DNA from: Chiloscyllium plagiosum
Lineage: Eukaryota
Reading direction: 5' to 3'
DNA length: 38,440 bases
Assembly: GCF_004010195.1 (NCBI RefSeq)
Contig: NC_057719.1
Coordinates: 11,666,737-11,705,176 of the forward strand
Shown here: positions 21,231-33,639 of the stretch, one piece after another
How positions within the stretch are numbered: the stretch's first letter is position 1
Layout: the number at the start of each line of letters is the position of its first letter
Position numbers and translations under genes: made by a program
The notes under the pieces: generated by a model
Told to the model about the DNA's origin: nothing
What the model saw: only the letters and a program-made list of their open reading frames with translations
Databases searched by the model: none

Positions 21231-21745
21231 TAGAGTCATAGAGATGTACAGCACGGAAACGGACTCTTCAGCCCAACGTGTCCGTGTTGACCAGCTACCC
21301 TAACCTAATCTAGTCCCATTTGCCAGCACTTGGCCCATATCCCTCTAAACCCTTCCTATTCATATATTCATCCCAGATGCCTTTTTAATGTTGTAATTGT
21401 ACCAGCCTTCATCACTTCCTCTGGCAGCTCATTCCGTACAGGCACCACACTTTGCATGAAAAAATTGCCTCTTATGTCCCTTTTAAACTTCTCCCTTCTT
21501 CCCCTTAAACCTATGCCCTCTCATTCTGGACGACTCCACCCCAGGGAAAAAAACCTTGTCTATTTACGCAATCCATGCCCCTCATGATTTTATAAATCTG
21601 TTCGGTGTCCTGTCTGCCTCCAGTGTTCCAGGGAAAACAGCCCCAGCCTATACAGCCTCTGCCTGTAACTCAAACCCTCCAATCCTGGCAATATCCTTGT
21701 AAATTTTGTCTGGATCCTTTCAAGTTTCACAACATCCTTCCACTA
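21231..21745 (-). mobile_element. CR1 LINE 3' portion
   Basis: Same family as 2077-2960 and 24473-25305, with the TAGAGTCATAGAG tail at the left end. Confidence 0.9.
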
Positions 21746-21784
21746 GGAGAGATGAAGGAGGAGCTCGGTAGAATTGACCGGGCG

Positions 21785-21872
21785 AGGGAAGGGCTTGTGC
21801 CTGAAACATCAACTCACCACCTTGGATGCTGCCTGATCTGCTTAGCTTTTCCAGTGCCATACTTTTCGACAG
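21785..21872 (+). mobile_element. PLE family A single-arm fragment
   Basis: GAAGGGCTTGTGCCTGAAACATC..CCTTGGATGCTGCCTGA..TTTTCCAG. Confidence 0.7.
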
Positions 21873-21889
21873 GGAAAGGAGCCTAGCTG

Positions 21890-23355
21890 GAAAAACAGTG
21901 GAACAGCAATGGCAGGAGTTTCTGGGAGTGATTCAGGAGACTGTGGAGATTCATCCCAAGGGGGAAAAAGGAGCATAGTACAGGGATGATGAGGCAACCG
22001 TGGATGACTAGGGAAATCAGAGATAGTATAATAGCAGAAGAAAGCATTATAATGTGGTGAAGGAAAGTGGGAAACCAGAGGATTGGGAAGCTTACAAAGA
22101 GAGGGCAACAAAACAAAAGATGGAAGATTAAATATGAACTGGCCAGTAATATAAAGGGGGAAAAAAAGTTTCTTTAGATGTATAAAGGGCAAAAGAAGCA
22201 AAAGTGGATATTGGGCTGCTGAAAAATGATGCTAGAGATAGTAGTGGGGAACAAGAAAATGGCTGAGGAACTGAATTACTTTGTCAGTTTTCATGGGGCA
22301 AGACACTAGTAATATCACACAAATTCGAGGGGGGTGCAGAACTGAGTTTGGTGGCCATCACCCAAGGAGAAGGTGCTAGAAACACTGAATGGTCTGATGG
22401 TCTGTAAGTCACCTGGCGCAGATGGACTACACCCCAGAGTTCGAAGGGAGATAGCTAAAAAGATAATGGAGGCATAAGTGGTGATCTTTCAGGAATTGCT
22501 AGAATCAGGGATGGTCCCAGAGGACTGAAAAATCACTTACATGACACCCCTGTTTAAAAAGGGAGTAAGGCAAAAGAATGATTAGCCTAACCTTGATTGT
22601 GGATAAGATCCTGGAATCCATTGTGAAGGATACGATTTCTGAACACTGAAGTGTGTGGTAAAATAGGGCAAAGTCAGCATGGTTTCATTGAGGGGCGGTC
22701 ATGCTTGACAAATTTGTTGGAATTCTTTTAAGGAAGTAACGAGCCGGTTGGACCAAGGCGAGCCAATGGATGTTATCTACCTGGACTCCAAGAAGGCCTT
22801 TGACAAGGTGCCGCACAGGAGGTTACTGAGTAAGATAAGGGTCCATGGTGTCAGAGGCAAGGTGCTAGCATGGATTGAAGCTTGGCTGCCTGGCAGAAAG
22901 CAGAGAGTGGGGATAAAAGGGCCTTTCTCAAGATGGCACCCGGTGACAAGTGGTATTCCGCAAGGGTCAGTGTTGGGACCGCAACTTTTCACTTTATACA
23001 TTATTGATCTAGATGAAGGAACCATGGGCATTCTGGCGAAGTTTGCAGATAACACAAAGATAGGTAGAGGAACAGGTAGCATTGAGGAGTTGGGGAGGCT
23101 GCAGAGGATTTGGACAGGTTAGGAGAGTGTGAGAAAGTGAGGTCAAGAATAGAGGCATAGACTATTGTCTAAATAGGGAGAAAATTCAGAAGTCTGAAGT
23201 GTAAAGAGACTTGGGAGTTCTAGTCCAGGATCCTGGACAAGGTAAACCTACAGGTTAATTCAGTAGTTAGGAAGGCAACTGCAATGTTGGCATTTATTTT
23301 TGAGGGATAGAAAGAAGGGATGTATTTCAGAGGCTCTATAAGGCTCTGGTCATAC
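21890..23355 (+). mobile_element. CR1 LINE ORF2 reverse-transcriptase remnant
   Basis: DVIYLD.KKAFDKVPHRRLL, SGIPQGSVLGPQLF and KFADNTKIG motifs. Several frameshifts and stops. Confidence 0.93.
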
Positions 23356-23399
23356 TTAATATAGTACAAAGAAAGGTGGTTATGCTAGTTCGTCAGTTA

Positions 23400-24260
23400 T
23401 TTCAACTATAGGACATCACTGAGGGAGTTACTTGGAGCTGTTCTAGACCCAAAAATGTTCAGCTGTTTCATCAATGATTGCTTGATAAGTTTAAGTATGG
23501 AAGTTCTCTGTTTGCACAAAGTTCAGTATCATTCGTAACTCAAAATGCTGACCATATTCAACAAGGAGTGAGCAACATTCAGGTTTGGTGTGATGAGTAA
23601 TAGTAATGTCTGCGAAACACAAGTGCCAGATAATGACCATCTCCAAGTAGAGGCAATCTAACCATCACTTTTAGCATGCAATGGCATTACCATTGCTGAA
23701 GCCTTATCCCCATCATCCTGGGAGTTGTCATTGATCAGAAACTGAACTGGACTGGCTATATAAATATGGTGGCTGCAAGAGCATGTGGGAACCTAAGGTT
23801 CTGTACCAAGTGGTTCATTTCCTGACTGCCTACATATCAGCTGCAAACAGATGCGAGGACTGGCTGGATTAGTGCAGCGGCAACAGCACTCCAGCTTGAC
23901 ATCATCCTGGATAAAGCAGCCTCCTTGGCACCCCATTCACAACATTCATTTCCTTTCCTGTTTTGAAACAGTACAACAGTGTGATTGATGAAATGCATTG
24001 CAGCAAATCATCCAGGCACCTTTGACAGCACCCTCAAAAACCCACAAATATGCTATCTCGAACAATAAAGGTAACTGGTACAGGGAACACAACCACTTGC
24101 AAGTTCCCCTCAAAGCTGCACTTCACCTTGTTCCTTCACTATTGTTGGATCAAGATTCTATAACTCCCTCCTACACCACGAAGTCTCCAGTGATTCACTG
24201 CCTTGAGAGGGCTGGGCATTTTTTCTGCGTCAGCAGCAGCCATATCCCATGAATTTGTTT
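23400..24260 (+). mobile_element. Old LINE (CR1/L2 group) 3' portion
   Basis: Decayed G..VLDP.MFSCFIND RT motif, then CAAGTGCCAG..ATGACCATCTCC, ending CATATCCCATGAAT. Fragments of the same family occur at ~3205-3330. Confidence 0.65.
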
Positions 24261-24472
24261 TAAGAACTGGAAATTAAATAAAGACCTGCTTTGATTGGAA
24301 GCTAAGGTGGTGCTAAGACTAGAGAAATAAAGAACCGTTTCTGTGAGAGTGGTATCGCAGTTTGTGGTGGAAATGCAAATTTTCCAAGCTGTGTGGTGCA
24401 AGTATGAAATTCAATCATTACAAGCTGTACTGCTTGCAGAGCACATGAAGTATTTGGAACTATTGCTCACCT

Positions 24473-25305
24473 ATAGAGTCATAGAGATGTATGGCACGGA
24501 AGCAAACCCTTCAGTCCAATTCCTCCATGCTGACCAGATATCTTAAGTTAGTCCAATTTGCCAGCACTTGGCCCACATCCCGTTAAACCCTTCTTATTCA
24601 TATACCCATCCAGATGCCTTTTAAATGTTGTAATTGTACCAGCCTCCATCACTTCCTCTGACAGCTCATTCAATACACACACCTCTGTAGAAACAATTGC
24701 TCTTTTCAAAATCATTTCCCTCTCACCTTAAATCTATGCCTTCTAGTTCTGGACTTCCCTACCCCAGGGAAATTACCTTGTCTATTTACCTTATCCATGC
24801 CCCTTGTGATTTTATAAACCTCTATAAGCTCACCCCTTAGCCTCTGATGCTCCAGGGGAAATAGCCCTCGTCTTTCTCTAGCTGAATCTTCCAACCCTAG
24901 CAACATTTTTGTAAATATTTTCTGAACCCTTTCAAGTATCACAACATCCTTCCTATAGCAAGGAAACCAGAATTGCAGACAATATTGCAAAAGTGGCTTA
25001 ACCAATGTCCTGTACAGCAGCAACATGACCTGAACTGAAATACTCAGTGCTCTGACCAATAAAGGAAAGCATACTAAATGCCGCCTTCACTATCCTATTT
25101 ACCTGAGAATTCAAGGAACTATGAACCCGCACTCCAAAGGTCTCTGTTCAGCCAGACTCCCCAGGACCTTACCATTAACTGTATAAATCCTGCCCTGCTT
25201 TGCCTTTCCAGAATGCTGCACTTCACATTTATCTAAATTAAACTCCATCTGCCACACCTCAGCCCATTAGCCCATCTGATCAAGATCCCATTGTACTCTG
25301 TATCT
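24473..25305 (-). mobile_element. CR1 LINE 3' portion
   Basis: Minus ORF LLLYRTLVKPLLQYCLQFWFPCYRKDVVILERVQK...RLRGELIEVYKI...SRTRRHRFKVRG. Confidence 0.92.
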
Positions 25306-25399
25306 TTGGTGTTTTTGTACAATATTTAGATTTGGAGCACAGGTGCTCATAATGTGTTGAAATATAAACTATTAGTTGGAATCTCCTCATGAGGTTCTT

Positions 25400-25590
25400 C
25401 CCCCTAGTTATTTGACTTAGGAACAGATCTCTCATATTAGAGTTTTCTTTCTCTGCACCCTCTGTCACTGTAACGCTACATTCTGCATTCTGTTCTATTA
25501 CTATGTTTTTGTTAAGTATGATTTGTCTGGATAACGCGTAGAACAATGTTCTTCACTGTATCTCAGTACATGTAATATTAAATTAAATAT
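25400..25590 (+). mobile_element. Probable LINE 3' UTR fragment (Rex1/Babar-like)
   Basis: CTGTAACGCTACATTCTGCATTCTG..TTCACTGTATCTCAGTACATGT followed by an AT-rich tail. Recognised by eye only. Confidence 0.4.
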
Positions 25591-26494
25591 TTGCCCTGTT
25601 CTGGCATTCTTTGAACTAGCTGTTGCTATTCTTGTAAAGTTGAATGTTCGAATGCATGGAAGTAATTTCTAAAGATTATCTGTATAGCAGTGTTCTTTGC
25701 TTTCAATAATCTGGAACACATGAGACCGTTGATTATTCCATTTCCACAACGGTAATCTTCCTTTTTGCATTCTACATCTGTTCAATTCTGTGTTTTTTAT
25801 TGGATCTTATTAACCTCCAGAATTGGGTGGAAGAGCCATGGACTAGTAATGGCAGAGAACAGAAGTGGGGAAAGAAGTAAACTAGAGCAAACCTGTTTCC
25901 GGCTGTATACAGCAGGAATTCAAAAGCCACTGCTCGAGTAGGTTTGATGGTGCTTTATAAATCTTGATTCGATACTGATCTGTACTACTTGTAGTGGCTT
26001 TGTCTTGCAAAGTGTTTACTTTGTTGCAGGAACATCCTCAGAATTGCTAGCGTTCTGGACCCACCCAGTACTGTACATTCTTTTGGCTGAAGCAGAGAAC
26101 TAGTAAATACTGCAGCTAGCTGGAATGGAAGGGAAATGAATAATTACAAATGCTGACTTTTTAATTAAAGCAAAAGCTCGAGTCCTTCTGATTTCACAGC
26201 GGGTGGGATTAAAATCTTGAAGTTTATGAACTGTATTCAGTTTGCCAGGCTTTGACAATTAAACTAACCTAATTATGTTAAGGATCAAATTAAATTTGGC
26301 TCTGTTCCCTACCTTGTGATGTGGTCACAGTGATAAACACTTTACAGGCACTGAAGTTTGCAGTAATATTCTCATGTCAAATGCAGATTTAGGTGCAAGA
26401 TGTTTAGTTAGCAAGTATTATAAATATGAAGTCCACTTAGCAAACATGCAAAGTGAGTTTGTATTCGGTAGCTACCAGATCCCTTAGACTGAGA

Positions 26495-28200
26495 TACAGG
26501 AGTAGAATGAAGCAATTCGGCCCATTGAGACTGTTCCGCTCTTGATAGTGGCTGGTATGTTTCTCAACCCCATTCTCCTACCTTCTCCCCATAACCCTTG
26601 ATAGCTGCTTGATTTGTAAAGCAATCTATCTCTTTCTTAAAGACTCAATGACTTGATTTCCACAGCCTTCTGTGGCAATGCGTTCCACAAGTTACCCACC
26701 CTCTGGTTGAAGACATTCCTCCTCATCTCAGTCCTGAAGAGTTGTCCCTTCATTCTGAGGCTGTGCTCTCAGGTTCTAATCTCTCCTAGTAGAAGCATCT
26801 CCATTGCCACAGTATCCAGGCCTGTCAGTATTCTGTAAGTTTCAATCCGATACACCCGCCTCCCCCAAACATCACATCCTTCTAAATGCCCATCATTTAC
26901 AGGCCCAAGTCCTCAGCTGCTCCACATATGCCAAGCCCTTCGTCCAGGGGTCATGTTTGCAAATGTCCTTTGGACCCCCTCCAACTACAGCGCATCCTTT
27001 CTTTAGATATGGAGTCCAAAACTGCTCCATATTCTAAATTTGGTCTGACCAGAGCCTTACACAGCCTCGCCACTGCATCTCTGCCCTTGTATTGCAGCCC
27101 TCTTGAAATGTATGCAACATTGCATTTGCCTTCCCAAATGCCAAATGAACCTACAAGTTATCCTCGAGAATCCTGAACTAGGACTGCCTTTGTGCTTCAG
27201 ATTTCTGAAGTTTTTCCAATTTATAGAATAGTCTGTGTCTCTATTCTTCCTATCAAAGAGTATAGTCTTACTTTTCCCACATCTGCCACTTTACCCAGTC
27301 ACCAGCCCTTCTAAGTCCTTCTCCAGCCTCATCACTTTCCCAGTGCTGCCTGTCTGTTGTAATGATACTGCCCCTTTAACAAGGTTCTTTAGTCCTTGGT
27401 TTTGTTCAAGAGGGATCATAAAGGCAGAGGTTCTGATATGTCTGGAAATATCTACTTGAAGGCTTTCTTTTTAAAGTGTTTCTTTTAAAGCACTTGTACA
27501 ATGAAAGGGGAGTGACCAGTTCTCCCAGTTCAGGGTTACTTCTAGTTTGGCTTTGTTTGGTTTTAGCAAGCAGTCTGTTTAAAGTTGCTCATCAAACAGC
27601 GGTTTTTAGCCGGGGACTTAAAGAATCAGCGCCATGCTAGTCCCCTCTGTCTGACATCTCTCTCCTGTAAGAACCTGTGTTTGATTTTCCTTAGTCAAGG
27701 GGTGTTTGTGGGGATGTAGTAAGTATTTGGAGCAGCAGCATTAAATTGCAATAGAGTCGATTGGGTTATCAAATAGGTTGTTATTCTAAACTTGGTTCTC
27801 CTTTTGATCGTGTTTCATTCAGTAGTCTGTAAATAAATTGTGTTGTTTAAAACTATGGGGTTGGGCCAACTGCATCACTCCTAGAATACCCACAATACAC
27901 CAGCTTAAAACAATTAGAAAAGTTAGCGTCTGGACTACCTCCTTGAAATGTTCTGGGGGGCATCTGGGTTGGTCCATAACACTGTCCACTTATCATTGTC
28001 ATCTGCAGACATTGCAACATTGCTCTTAATTCCTTCATCCAGACTGTTAACTTAAATAGTTGTCCTGACAGTAACCCGTGTTGCACTCCACTAGTCACTG
28101 GCTGCCAGAGTGGCAAAAGATTCCTTTTTATCCCCAAACTCTGCCTTCTGCCAGTCAGCCAGTCCTCTATCCATGCCATACCTTGCCCCTAGATCTTACT
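26495..28200 (-). mobile_element. CR1 LINE 3' half, interrupted by a solo LTR
   Basis: Minus ORF AWIEDWLTGRRQSLGI..WQPVTSGV. The host sequence is collinear on both sides of 27358-27981 and is similar to 5880-7030. Confidence 0.88.
27358..27981 (+). mobile_element. Solo LTR (624 bp) with 4-bp TSD
   Basis: TGTAATG...CATAACA termini (TG..CA, imperfect inverted repeat). CTGT is duplicated at 27354-27357 and 27982-27985. AATAAA at 27832-27837. Confidence 0.85.
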
Positions 28201-28299
28201 TAGATAAGATGCCTTCCAAGCATTTTAGTTCAATAGCATACTTTAAGTAATAATTTGAAAATGTGCAACAAAATCAGCTTTATTGTGCGAATGTAGTTG

Positions 28300-28430
28300 G
28301 TCATAGTGATACAGCATGGAAATAGACCTTTGGTCCAACTAGTCCATGTTCCCAAACTAAACTAGTCCTGCTTCTCTGCATTTGGCCCATATCCCTCCAA
28401 GCTTTTCCTATCCATGTACTTAGCCAAATT
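28300..28430 (-). mobile_element. Short CR1 3'-end insertion
   Basis: TCATAG..ACAGCATGGAAATAGACCTTTGGTCCAAC..GGCCCATATCCCTC. Confidence 0.8.
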
Positions 28431-29379
28431 TGTGTTAAACATTTAACTTGTGCATGCATTCACCATTTGTTTCATAAGTATTGGTGATCTTAAAGCTTTG
28501 GTCAATACAACTTTTCATCAACATCTTTTGTTGTACTGTTGCTACCTGGCCACTTTGCATACAGGGGCAGGTACCCATCTCATGAGTTGGAACAGGATGC
28601 ATCTCCATGGGAGTCGAAGTCGACTGATCTGATGTCAATTTCCTCCATTATTATGCTGACATCTCCTGAACTGTAATCTTTACAAAATGGTACTTGGTAC
28701 CATAGACTGTAATGCAACCAGATTTTTGTACATTGTATGTAGTTAATGGAAATGTTTGTTAGTGCGATAAAATGCTTGATAAGGGTCAGTAGCGCTAAAT
28801 TTGTGGGCTTTCAGTTTTTAACTTGGAAGCATACTGTTTTAAAGAATGTTGCTGTCCAATTACAGTCAGATTTGCTTTGGGATTCTTTTTCCCTGCTAGA
28901 TGCTTGGCAAAGTAACACCCCACTAACAGACCATCACATTATCAGCTAGAATTGCAGTTGAGTTTGCTGTTAATGCTAGTATGGATTATTACATTAAACT
29001 CTGAAGTTGTGATGGGCAAAATGAACAGTCATAGTAATGGACATACATACAATCTCCTATACTTTAATTTAGTTTTCAACATGTTAATCCAGTGACCTGA
29101 CATTGGACTGAATTTTTATTGATGGTTGCAAGTTTTACACCACCTTTTTGTTTCTCTCCAATTTGATATTTGACTAAGTTTTGAGCTGATTCAATTTTTC
29201 ACACTGGCATAGTTGTAAGACTTACAGGTGTCATGTTAGTATTGTATTTCATGTTCATGCACATTTTCCATAACAATGATGTAACATTGTACACTCGATG
29301 ATTAACAAGAAACTGCACATCATCAGTGGTGACACTGCATGCCAATATATTGCTTCACTTCATGTCCTCCACAAAATTG

Positions 29380-29717
29380 GGGCAGCGCGGTGGCTTATTG
29401 GTTAGCACTGCTGCCTCAGCACCAGTGACCTGGATTCAATTCCCACCTCAGGCGACTGTCTGTGTGGAGTTTGTGTCTGCATGGGATCCCTCTGGGTGCT
29501 CCGGTTTCCTCCCACAATCCAAGGATGTAAGGGTTAGGTGACTTGGCCATGCTAAATTGCCCACAGTGTTTAGCGATAAATAGGCTAGGTGCGTGAGTCA
29601 GGGGTAAATGTAGAATAATAGGGTAGGGGAACGGGTCTAGGTGGGATACTGTTCGGAGGGTTGGTGTGGACTTGTTGGGCCAAAGGGCCTGTTTCCATAC
29701 TGTAGGGATTCTATGAT
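29380..29717 (+). mobile_element. Near full-length V-SINE with 7-bp TSD
   Basis: tRNA-like head (GGTGGCTTATTGGTTAGCAC, GGATTCAATTCC), V-domain with an internal deletion and an ATTCTATGA tail. AAAATTG at 29373-29379 and 29718-29724. Confidence 0.9.
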
Positions 29718-31877
29718 AAAATTGCAGCTAATACCTATGTATAATGCATTGCAGACAAAGGGTTAAATGCCAGGCAATAAGATGAAGAATTTTTTCACAA
29801 GTAATGAAGCAGGGTGTGGCATCTAGCTCATATTATTGCATAAACTTGTCTTTGTAATCCAGAATGTGATTTTCCATTCACAGCACACTTTATGTACCCA
29901 AACCACCTAACAGTTTCAAGTATCAGTGAACTTTTTATGAAACTTTTTCCTTGTCATCCAGCTTGTTCAGTTTTTTTTCTCTTCCTGTATACGTGTAGTT
30001 CAGAGGTTATCAAAGGAAGATAAGGCCATATTCCAAAGCAGTTCACAACAAAGCAGTGTTGTTGAAATTTAATAGTCATAATTCATGTGCAGAAAAGCCC
30101 TAGAACTGTTGTGATAATAAACCTGTCACCACTCAGTAGGGTAGTACGCTAGAAATGAAACCCGATTATCACCAGAGACATCATGTAAAAAGATTTTGTC
30201 AAATTCTACAAAGTCGCCAATTTGACTGACTGATTCATATTTTTCCTTCTTTCTCCCCCTCCCTCCCTCTGAGCCCGCTCCCCCCCCCTCCCCCACCTCA
30301 CTGTGCCAGGTACTTCACACGGTTTAATTGTCATTTGCAATAAATAACTCATTTATCCTGTAATCGAGTCCCTGTCAGAAAATGGCTAGTTGACAATATT
30401 TCATCTGTGTGAACTTACATCCAGCAGAATAATTTTAAAAATTGTAAATCCTTCCCTATGGTATTCATTAAGATAATTGCAGATGCAATGGATGCATTTT
30501 TCGGTTGCTGTGAACTTAATTTTGATGAGTATTTGAATTCACTGAAGACTACTGGTACTTGTAAATTTACATCATTCTAAAATTGGTTTAAGTTGGCCTT
30601 TGCTCACTGTGGTTTGATGGCCTGACTTCAAGGCTTACTGAAAGTGTTGGATGCTGAAGAGTCACTCTTGTATTATGTAAAACCTGTGGCTCTTTATATT
30701 TATTTTTTAGTCCACACTTTTAAATCCTAAATTTAAAAACCAGTATTTCAAAGGATGTGTTTTGAACAGCTAATAACCTGAAACTTGGGGCAGCAAATAT
30801 TTGTACAGCTGTTTCAACAATCAGTAATTGAAGTGGTTGAAGATGAATTGGAGCCAAGTTGTTCTGTACAGAGATGCAGCTAAGTAGCAATAATTGATTG
30901 GTCTGTGGATCACCATTTCTTGACACCTTTTGCCTGTCAGGTTACTGTACAGCCATGCCTGGGATCGGGGTACAGAGAAGTTACTCTGTTCTCTGTAGTC
31001 AAAACTTATCTCAAACCAGAATAATCAGGTAATCCTTCCTTCAATAGTTGACTTTTTAATTGATAAATCACAAGCATTTTACAAGTGACCCAGTCACTTA
31101 CAAATCAGTGGAAGCATTTGGAAAAGGGAAATCAAGAAGAAACTTTAAGATCAGCAAGATCCAACTCATCAGAACTCTAGAATAAAGATTACTGAACTCT
31201 TTCCAGATTTTCTCCCATCCAAGTAACCTCTCTGTCTGTACCTCGTGTGTAAGATGCAGTTATAAAGGGTTGATGAGAGTTTTAGTTCATCATGTTATGC
31301 CAATGGTTTATAACTGGTTGCCTGTAATAAACAGAAATTCTTAAATACAGAAACCTGGTCTGTGCTTTTTGCCAAGCTGGACATGAATAATCACATTGTG
31401 GACTTTTGTATAATTTAAGAAAAATCTTTAACTTCTACTCTCTGGGGAAAAATGGGTTTGATCTTGTGTGCTCCCCAGTGAGTCATGTCAGTTAATACCT
31501 GTCATTTTTACCACCAAACCCCCTCCGACCCCACAAACCACTCAACGTCAACATATATTGGCATTTGGTAATGTGTACAAAACTGTACAGTTTGCCAAAA
31601 CAAGTCAATTCAATTTTTATTGAACTTCAATGATGCATTAGCAAATTTGCATTTGAATCTTATGGTTGAATTCTACTCAATTTCTAGATCACTTGCTACT
31701 CTTAACAAAATTGCAAGAAGTCCAGTGCAGTTGGAATAACTTGTGCGATCAGGCACAACCCCCAACACTTGACTTCATATTGAGTGGAAGTCTTAGTATT
31801 CTGTCAACCTTTACCATTGTAAGTTCCATGTCACCAAATTGTAGCATATTTATGCTCTGACTTTTCTTTTGTCCCAG

Positions 31878-32072
31878 ATTCTTCATGTTGCACAAAATGG
31901 TGGACTGTACAAGAAGCCATTTAATCAGTCTTTTGAGGAAACACCTATGCTTGTTGCTGTGTTGACGTATATGGGTTATGGAATCCTTACACTTTTTGGA
32001 TATCTCAGGGATTTTCTTCGGGAGTGGAAGATTGAAAAATGTCATCATGCTACTGAACGTGAAGAGCAAAAG
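31878..32072 (+). CDS. SPTLC2: Serine palmitoyltransferase 2, coding exon 2 (65 codons)
   Basis: [65 protein letters not shown] closely matches vertebrate SPTLC2 ([11 protein letters not shown] favours SPTLC2 over SPTLC3). Branch-like CTGAC, polypyrimidine tract and CAG acceptor; AAG|GTGAGG donor; 195 nt, phase 0-0. Confidence 0.96.
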
Positions 32073-32420
32073 GTGAGGGCAGTTATTTGCAAATGTTTCT
32101 CTTCCTTTGTGTTAAAATAATGGCAGTAGATGAGTTTAAAAATATCTCGTGTTGCTGAGTTACATACTCCAGACTAGGCCACTACCTTCAGTGAGTAAAT
32201 CAGACTAATTGGATGAATTTAACAACTTTTTAATGTTACGATGGTCCCTCTTATACTTCAAGTATAACAGTATTTAGATGAAAAATTAAAATAAACAAGG
32301 AAATACTTTGTCATACAACGCATTTTTATGTGCCACACCTTTTATATAGTGGTGTTACTGTACCAATACAGATGCTTGGGTGATGGAATCTCTTATTTCC
32401 CAAGCTGGTCCTGGCCTAGG

Positions 32421-32645
32421 CAAAAGTGAGGACTGCAGATGCTGGAGATTAGAGTCAAGATTACAAGTGGTGTTGGAAAAGCACAACAGGTCAGGCAGCA
32501 TCCAAGGAGCAGGAAAATCAATATTTTGGGCAGGAGCCCATCATCAGGAATGAGGATGAAGGGCTCCTGCCCAAAACGTTGATTTTCCTGCTCCTCGGAT
32601 GCTGCCTGATCTGCGCTTTTTGCAGCGCCACTCTAATCTTGACTA
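32421..32645 (-). mobile_element. Palindromic PLE-derived mini-element, family A, with imperfect 14-15 bp TSD
   Basis: TGGTCCTGGCCTAGG (32406-32420) and TGGTCCTGACTAGG (32646-32659). Inverted arms of ~90 bp meet at decayed hammerhead cores. Confidence 0.85.
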
Positions 32646-32739
32646 TGGTCCTGACTAGGGTTTGTTGCATTGTTTTATTGCTCCAGTGTCCTCAACGGCA
32701 TGGTAAGCAATGTTGATGGCACTGCTGCCTTGAAAATAA

Positions 32740-33300
32740 GAGGAGACTATTCAACGTTTGCAAGTTTTTGGTCTCTCAAGCATGCTCCTCCATGCATTAC
32801 AAACTAGCTTATAATCAACTCCCATCTTAAATTATCCTCCGCTATAACATTCTGGATAAGCACTTTCCAAGATTAACAAACAACTGCACGAAGGAGGTTT
32901 TCCTTATCACTCACCTAAATGGTGAGCCCCTTATCCTAAGACATTGTCTCATGTTCTGAAGTCTCTAGAAAATAACAACCTAGTATTTTCTCTACTAAGC
33001 TACCCGTAGAATTTCAAATGTTTCATTGAGATCACCGCTCTCATTCTTCTAAATCCCAGAGAGGATAGATCCAATTTAATCAACCTTTCATCCTGAAAAC
33101 CACTTGAATGAACAATCTCCGTACCATCTTCAAGGTAAGTACTTCCTCCTTCGATATGGCAAACATTATTGCTCAGAGCTCCAGGTGTGATTTCATGCAG
33201 TTGTACAAAATTGGTTACTGTTGTACTCCAAACATTTACATTAAAGACCAATATGCCATTTGCCTTTCTACTTGTGTGTTGCATTCCTACCTAGACTTGT
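32740..33300 (-). mobile_element. Old CR1 3' portion
   Basis: Minus ORF remnants KANGIL.F and ERLIKLDLSSLGFRRMR. Confidence 0.7.
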
Positions 33301-33639
33301 AATGTATCACTTGATAAAATACTCTGTCTCTTTGGACAGGTCCTGATCTAGATTGAAAGTAGCTGAGGCCACAACAGTGATCCTTGCACTGTTCCACCTT
33401 ACTTGGAAAAATGTACTGTTAATTTCTACTCTGTACATTGTCCATTTAGCCAATCCTTCAAAAGATGTAATGCACTGAATTGTCTCCCTGCCTCTGAAAC
33501 AGAAATTCTAGATTTAATTCCACTTTAGGACTTGATGGTCAAAAAAGATGGTTCATAATAAGGCCAAACATGTGGACTATCCACTTGTAAATCTTTCTAA
33601 TACACTAATGACAAATGGTAAGAACCAGCAAGATTTTTG

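Noticed and set aside
30935..31640. Possible second solo LTR
   Set aside because: It begins with TGTCA and has an LTR-like texture, but I could not find a matching CA end with a TSD.
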